In this document: positions 58,427-64,000 of the stretch, in pieces
Layout: each line of letters starts with the position of its first letter
How positions within the stretch are numbered: position 1 is the stretch's first letter
Assembly (NCBI GenBank): GCA_963697895.1
Contig: OY969100.1
Coordinates: 1,568,001 to 1,632,000 of the forward strand
DNA: 64,000 nucleotides
DNA from: an uncultured Methanomicrobiales archaeon
GTDB lineage: Archaea; Halobacteriota; Methanomicrobia; Methanomicrobiales; Methanospirillaceae
Reading direction: 5' to 3'
Notes under the pieces: model-generated
Database searches by the model: none
Told to the model about the DNA's origin: nothing
The model's input: the letters and a program-made list of their open reading frames with translations, nothing else
Made by a program: the position numbers and the translations under genes

Positions 58427-59020
58427 ATGGTAAAAAAGAAACAGGTAGGACGAAGAGTCGAAGGATGGAAGGCCAAGAGCTGGTACAAGGTATATACGCC
58501 GGATAATCTTGGCAAGACCTTCATCGGCGATACTATCGCCAATGATGCGGAGAGTGTGGTCGGACGCGTTATGCAGACCACGCTCGGTGAGATCACGAAT
58601 GATTACGCACGGCAGAACGTTAAAATGCGTTTCCGGGTTGCCAATGTTGCGGGAGATTCCGCATACACTGAGTTCATCGGCCATGAGATGACCAGGGATT
58701 ATCTGCGTTCCCTTGTAAAGCGAAGAACTTCTCGAATTGACTGCCACATTCCGATCACAACAAAGGACGGAAAAAAGGTCGATCTGACCGTGACCTGCTA
58801 TACGCTGACCCATGCCAATTTAAGCCAGGTCCATGCGATCCGCTCGATGATCACCCAGCAGGTGACCGAATGGGCAACCGGTGGTGACATGAATCAGCTG
58901 CTGGGCGGGATCATTTCCGGTGAAATCTCAAAGGAGCTCTTCAAGGTGCTGAAATTGGTCTTCCCGATTCGCCGGGTTGAGATAATCAAGTCCAAGGTCG
59001 AGATTCCGAAAGTGGCATAA
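58427..59020 (+). CDS. rps3ae: 30S ribosomal protein eS1 (S3Ae)
   Basis: WKAKSWY, DYLRSLVKRRTSRID and FPIRRVEIIK motifs. Confidence 0.96.
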   Translation: MVKKKQVGRRVEGWKAKSWYKVYTPDNLGKTFIGDTIANDAESVVGRVMQTTLGEITNDYARQNVKMRFRVANVAGDSAYTEFIGHEMTRDYLRSLVKRRTSRIDCHIPITTKDGKKVDLTVTCYTLTHANLSQVHAIRSMITQQVTEWATGGDMNQLLGGIISGEISKELFKVLKLVFPIRRVEIIKSKVEIPKVA

Positions 59021-59195
59021 ACAACATAAAACAGGGGAGTACGGGTATCCTCCAATTTCCGTTTTTAAATTGAACATATTTGCCCGTCTTTCTCCCGTTA
59101 ACCTTTACCAAAGAGCGCCCGTTTTGAACAATAAGATGCTGCGATCATGAGACCCGCAGTGAAACATATCTGGTCCGACTACACATCTTTTCAGA

Positions 59196-60428
59196 ATGAC
59201 TGCCCATAAGGTCATACTGCTGGTGCTCGACGGGATCTCGGACCGCCCCCTCCCGGAACTCGGGGGCCGGACTCCGCTCCAGGCGGCACATACGCCGGTC
59301 CTCGACCGAATTGCAACTGAAGGCATATGCGGGATCATGGACCCGATCGGACCAGGAATCCGACCAGGATCGGACACGGCCCATTTGAGTCTTCTTGGAT
59401 ATCCTCCAAGGACTTATTATACCGGAAGAGGCCCCCTCGAGGCGGAAGGGTCCGGAATTCACATGGAGCCAGGGATGATTGGGTTCCGCTGCAACTTTGC
59501 GACTCTCGCCGATGGAAAGGTCGTAGATCGGAGGGCAGGGCGGATTCACCAGACCGAAGCACTCTGCCAGGCCATCCAGGAAGGGGTTGATCTCTCCCCG
59601 TACCAGGTTACATTCGTCTTCCGACCAGGCGCCGGGCACCGCGCAGCACTCGCCATGAAAGGTGCAGGCCTTGGTTTCTGTGTCTCATCCAATGATCCGA
59701 AAAAGGACGGGATTGCGCCTTCCCCTTTCAGCCCGCTGAAAGACACTCCTGGGGATAGGAAGACCACCAAGGTGTTGAATGACTTTGATCGCCAGTCACG
59801 GGCGATCCTATCTGATCATCCCCTGAACCGGGAAAGGATCAGGATGGGGTTACCTCCGGCAAATGTTGTGCTTATCCGGGGAGCTGGGTTGATGGGGCAT
59901 TTTGAGCCTTTTGAGAGCCGGTACGGTATGAAGGGGAGTGTGATCGCAGCCGCGAACCTCATTGCCGGGATCGGGAAGGCAGTTGGTCTTGATCATGTGC
60001 CGGTAGTCGGAACAACCGGGTCGGCAGATACCAATCTTCAGGGGAAGGTGGAGGCAGCGATAAAGACTTTGAGTTCGCACGATTTTGTGCTGCTGAACAT
60101 CAAGGGAGCCGATGAGGCGGGTCACGACGGGAGAGCCCTCGAAAAAAGGAATTTTATCGAACGGATAGACGCGGCACTTGCCCCGTTCTGCGATCTAAAG
60201 GACACTCTCCTCGTGATCTGTGGTGATCACAGCACTCCCTGCGCCATCCGGGATCATAGCGCCGACCCCGTGCCGGTCGTGATCCACGGCGACGGAGTCC
60301 GGATAGACGATGTCACAACATTCCATGAGATATCCTGCGCAAAAGGAGGTTTACACCGGATTTGCGGGGAGTCGCTGATGCCCATAATCACCGATATTAT
60401 CGATCATGCGCATAAATATGGGGCCTGA
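59196..60428 (+). CDS. apgM: 2,3-BPG-independent phosphoglycerate mutase (archaeal type)
   Basis: LDGISD, PGSDTAHL, YTGRGPLEA, DEAGHDG, GDHSTP and HSADPVP motifs. Confidence 0.93.
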   Translation: MTAHKVILLVLDGISDRPLPELGGRTPLQAAHTPVLDRIATEGICGIMDPIGPGIRPGSDTAHLSLLGYPPRTYYTGRGPLEAEGSGIHMEPGMIGFRCNFATLADGKVVDRRAGRIHQTEALCQAIQEGVDLSPYQVTFVFRPGAGHRAALAMKGAGLGFCVSSNDPKKDGIAPSPFSPLKDTPGDRKTTKVLNDFDRQSRAILSDHPLNRERIRMGLPPANVVLIRGAGLMGHFEPFESRYGMKGSVIAAANLIAGIGKAVGLDHVPVVGTTGSADTNLQGKVEAAIKTLSSHDFVLLNIKGADEAGHDGRALEKRNFIERIDAALAPFCDLKDTLLVICGDHSTPCAIRDHSADPVPVVIHGDGVRIDDVTTFHEISCAKGGLHRICGESLMPIITDIIDHAHKYGA

Positions 60429-61269
60429 AATCATGATGGCCGCCGCGAGCATCTTTGAACTCCCGGAAATACGCTTTATAGAGCCATCTTTTGCTGATCT
60501 TACTGATGATTACTTTACCGAGGTATTTCTGTACACCTCCGGAGATCAAGGGAGGCTTCTCGTTGATGAACACTCTGATCCCATCGCAATGGCATTATAC
60601 AGCAAGGAAAGGTGGGTAGTCAGCTCCTACCACCTTCGTAAGCCTACTTCTGCCCTGATCGGGCGGTTCGAGGATACGGCGGGTGATATTTATCAGGAGG
60701 AACGTGCAGTTTGGGCAGCCGCTGTCCGTGAATATTATAGCCTGTCAATTGCAGAAAACGTAACACCCGCGATAGAAGATCTGAACCCGGAACGCATCCC
60801 GAAGGTAGATTCGCTTATCTCTGAAATCTGGGGTGAAAGGAGCGGGTCAGTCTGCCTTGACTGCTGTTGCGGATCAGGGGTTGGATCAATGGTCCTCAGA
60901 AGCCGGGGATTGCTGCCGCTATCCTATGATATCGATGAGGCACTTCTCTCCCGGGGACTTCATGAAGGAAGACTCCGACCGGATGAGACAATGTGCATCG
61001 ACGCGACAAGGGCGGGCTCTTATATCGACCATTCTCCTCTCGGACTCGGGCTCATGTTCGGGGAGATTTATCCTTTCAACCAGGATCTCTGGCAAAATAT
61101 CGTCCTTGAATTCATGAACCTTACCGATGAAGCACTCATCACGATGGGGAAAGAAGAGGAGGTCCGGCTGGTATCATCGTGGGCAAGTGAAGCCGGAGGT
61201 CGGGTAAATGTCTTTGAAAATGATCGCGATCCCATCTATGACCGGTGGGTATGTATCATTACCCATTAA
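60418..61269 (+). CDS. Putative SAM-dependent methyltransferase
   Basis: LDCCCGSGVG motif I followed by SYDID; substrate unknown. Confidence 0.7.
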   Translation: MGPEIMMAAASIFELPEIRFIEPSFADLTDDYFTEVFLYTSGDQGRLLVDEHSDPIAMALYSKERWVVSSYHLRKPTSALIGRFEDTAGDIYQEERAVWAAAVREYYSLSIAENVTPAIEDLNPERIPKVDSLISEIWGERSGSVCLDCCCGSGVGSMVLRSRGLLPLSYDIDEALLSRGLHEGRLRPDETMCIDATRAGSYIDHSPLGLGLMFGEIYPFNQDLWQNIVLEFMNLTDEALITMGKEEEVRLVSSWASEAGGRVNVFENDRDPIYDRWVCIITH

Positions 61270-61349
61270 CGGCTCTGAGTGAAAATAAAAAGGGTATACT
61301 TCACATCATGGGGCGGGTTGATTCGCCTTATCAGATGCGGGTAGGCTCC

Positions 61350-63467
61350 TTACCGTTTTGTTGCTCCTCTTGGACGTCGTTTCATGCTTTTTTTCCGGTC
61401 CGGTTCACGGGAAACTGTGGCGCGTTTAGGTCCGATTCCTGGTTTACGTTCCCGATTTTCTTCATGATTTACGCATTCCAGTTCGGCGACGATCTCTACA
61501 GGGTTATCGAGCTGCCTGACCAGCCGCATGATCTCAAGGAGCCGTTCCACCCCGATGAAGTGTTCGGCCATTACACGGGAGAGCCGGGTGAGTTCGATGC
61601 AGTTCCCGCTCTTTTTTACGAGCCCGTGCTCGATGAGGATCGGAAGCGCGGGTTCCACAGTACCGACCATGAGCTCAACGATACGATTGATCGCCACTTC
61701 GTCACCCCGGCTCACGATCGCATGGGCGACATATTCTTCAGAGCTCTGTTCGAGATCATGCTCTGGAGCTACTTCTTCCATTTCGCCGCGGAGAAGCCGG
61801 ATGGCCATCTCCTCCTCGGTGAATGCTGATCCACGTGAATAAGACCCCCCGGGTTCTGCGAGGAGAACAACCCTCCCGAGATCATGAAAATCAGGGCGAC
61901 CTGCCCGCCCCGCCATCTGATTGAATTCCTGTACCGTAAGCCATGCAATCCCCATTGCAAGAGCATCAAATATCACCTGAGAAGCCGGGAAATCCACTCC
62001 TGCACCCAGAGCCGCGGTGGTTATCACCGCTTTCAGTCTTCCTTTCATGAAGCGGTCCTCCACTTCTCTCCGCTCCTGCGCAGTCAGACCGGCATGATAG
62101 GGAGCAAAACCCGGACCAAGGGCGTCGGCGACGGTGTGGCACCGTGCCCGGGAGTTGGTAAAGATGATCGTCTGGCCGTGGAATCCTCTGGAAGAGGTGT
62201 GTGTGTACTCCTCCAGTGCAAGCCTTTTGATCGTGGGGATTTTCTGTTTCCGTTCGACAAACATCAGGTACCGCTCCAGGGGAACCGGTCGCGAGTCATA
62301 TTTCACGAGATCAGCGTGGAGTTTCTTTGCCAGGATCTTCGGGGATCCAATGGTGGCAGAGAGATAGAGGAACTGCGCCTGCGGGGCGAGGTATTTCAGG
62401 CGGGCTATCAGTCCATCGAGTCTATGGCCCCTGTCTGCATCCTCGAGCATCTGTACCTCATCGATGACAACCGTGCCGATCTTTGAGAGGGCAGCTCCGA
62501 GCCGGATCGCATGATCGACCCCTTCATATGTCCCGACAAGGATCGGGGCATGTATATCCCGATCTCCGAATTGTCGGGTTTCAGGAAGATTGATACGACT
62601 TTTCCCGATAAGGATGCCGGCGCCGATTATCTTTCCGTACCGCTCCGAAAAACGCTGGTACTTCTGGACCGCAAGTGCGACCAGCGGAACAAGGAAGAGC
62701 ATCTGTCCTCTCCCTTCCAATATATTTTTTATCCCTGCCATCTCCCCGATGAATGTTTTTCCGCTCGCGGTCGCAGATACGACGAGGAGGTCTTTTCCAT
62801 AAAGCAGTCCGGCATCTACAGCAAGCTGCTGGGCCGGCATGAGAGTCGTGACTCCTGACGCTTCGACAAAAGCCGGATGGAGGGGCAATTCCTCAATCGC
62901 CGCCGTTTTGGTCACCGGATGAGCTTCAAGCCGGTCGAAAAGCGTCTGAGGCCGGTCTGCCTGATCGGGCTGGATGCTAGCAAGCACACGGTCAAGATCC
63001 CGCTCGCTCTTCAGGAGTTCCTCAAGGTGGCCGATGGCCTGACGTCCGACTCTTCCCATTGGGGCGATTTCCCGCCGGAGTTCACGACGGGCACATTCAT
63101 AACAGATGCGTTCTCCGGATCCGAACTTCACGGCTGATTTCTGATTCAGTGGAGTGATTCTATCATCGATCATGCACATCCTGCAGAGGGCGGAATAACC
63201 GAATGTTAGCTGGAAATCTCTTAAAAAAGATTCAAAAGCAGGTTCCGGCTTTGATAGCACGATATCTGACTTTCGAAGTGCGGCAATAAGGTCTTTTGAG
63301 GGTGTATTTTTAAACTGCCGTTTCCCGCCCCACTTCAGGCGATAATGGGTCGGACGTCCGCCCCGGGGAGTTTCTGCGAGCTCAACCACCCCGATTCCCC
63401 GGACATGGTTTTCATCAAAGAACAACAGTTTGTATGTACCCCGCTGGGGGTGGACAATCACCTTCAT
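61350..63467 (-). CDS. Archaea-specific Ski2-like helicase (ASH-Ski2 type)
   Basis: N-terminal CRMC...CYEC, SATASGKT, DEVQ, SAT and QMAGRAGR motifs. Confidence 0.88.
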   Translation of the reverse strand: MKVIVHPQRGTYKLLFFDENHVRGIGVVELAETPRGGRPTHYRLKWGGKRQFKNTPSKDLIAALRKSDIVLSKPEPAFESFLRDFQLTFGYSALCRMCMIDDRITPLNQKSAVKFGSGERICYECARRELRREIAPMGRVGRQAIGHLEELLKSERDLDRVLASIQPDQADRPQTLFDRLEAHPVTKTAAIEELPLHPAFVEASGVTTLMPAQQLAVDAGLLYGKDLLVVSATASGKTFIGEMAGIKNILEGRGQMLFLVPLVALAVQKYQRFSERYGKIIGAGILIGKSRINLPETRQFGDRDIHAPILVGTYEGVDHAIRLGAALSKIGTVVIDEVQMLEDADRGHRLDGLIARLKYLAPQAQFLYLSATIGSPKILAKKLHADLVKYDSRPVPLERYLMFVERKQKIPTIKRLALEEYTHTSSRGFHGQTIIFTNSRARCHTVADALGPGFAPYHAGLTAQERREVEDRFMKGRLKAVITTAALGAGVDFPASQVIFDALAMGIAWLTVQEFNQMAGRAGRPDFHDLGRVVLLAEPGGSYSRGSAFTEEEMAIRLLRGEMEEVAPEHDLEQSSEEYVAHAIVSRGDEVAINRIVELMVGTVEPALPILIEHGLVKKSGNCIELTRLSRVMAEHFIGVERLLEIMRLVRQLDNPVEIVAELECVNHEENRERKPGIGPKRATVSREPDRKKSMKRRPRGATKR

Positions 63468-64000
63468 GCAGCAGTCAGGTCATGTATGGTATAGGAGAGG
63501 CCGACACCCTCCAGACGTTTGAGGAAGTCGGTAAATTCCTCATCGACGATGACGATCGCCGCTTCGATCCCGTGAAACGCCGCCTCGATTACCCCCTCAC
63601 GGGCTCCGAAGAACATATCGGGTTCTCTCTCGATTGATAGAAGGGCGATATAGGCTTCTAGCCCGATGGCCCCCACAATACCGGCATTCTGTATTACCTC
63701 GGACAAACGGTCCTTCTGAACATTTCGGGAACCCCCCCGTTGAATGCGTGGTACTTTGCAGACGGATACACTTCCCTTCGGTGTGGTCAATAATGCCGTT
63801 CAATCGAGCCACACCGACATCGGATCCAGACTCTGCGTCCATGACCACATTTCCCATTGCACTCCGGGGTTCCTTCCCTGCATAGAGGAAACCGTTTTTC
63901 ATATAGACCCCCACCACATCCCCCGTACTCAGATCTTCGGACGCAATCGCCGTCCATGTTGAGACCTGGTGGATGACGTCCCGCCGGATGTGCCGGGCGT
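63464..64000 (-). CDS. C-terminal part of a conserved archaeal HTH transcriptional regulator (COG1497-like); +1 frameshift near 63773; 5' end outside the window
   Basis: WTAIASEDL..GD.VGVYMKNGFLYA...G.DVGV in one frame joins VSVCKVPRIQRGGSR...IEAAFHG in the next frame. Confidence 0.7.

Noticed and set aside
1-64000. CRISPR array, rRNA, IS/transposase or integrase
   Set aside because: No regularly spaced direct repeats, rRNA-like tracts or DDE/tyrosine recombinase motifs were seen by eye.

Overview
Chromosomal segment of a methanogenic archaeon, most consistent with Methanomicrobiales (inferred from mmp10, methanogen-type SerRS, archaeal r-proteins, archaeal tRNA-Thr and ACDS). From left to right it holds: a truncated Eco57I-like adenine methyltransferase; the trpEGDCFBA operon with 10-bp-phased TrpY-like boxes; an MsrP-like molybdoenzyme with a tiny bis-His membrane partner; nre; a larE / ncsA-SAMP / nadA / PAPS-reductase-like Fe-S and sulfur-transfer neighbourhood; pepN; cls; an ACT-hom-(HTH+Mmp11/TiaS-like) operon; an ABC-ATPase + TOPRIM pair; transport and membrane genes; a hicBA pair; a complete cooC-cooC-cdhABCDE-RACo cluster next to tRNA-Thr(TGT); mmp10; a structured S15 leader; rps15-DHH-pcc1-serS-rps3ae; apgM; and an ASH-Ski2 helicase. 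Five genes carry single-base frameshifts, probably consensus or assembly artefacts, and two genes appear to use non-canonical starts (ATT, CTG). I saw no CRISPR array, rRNA or transposase. Family assignments come from motif recognition by eye, not from database searches.
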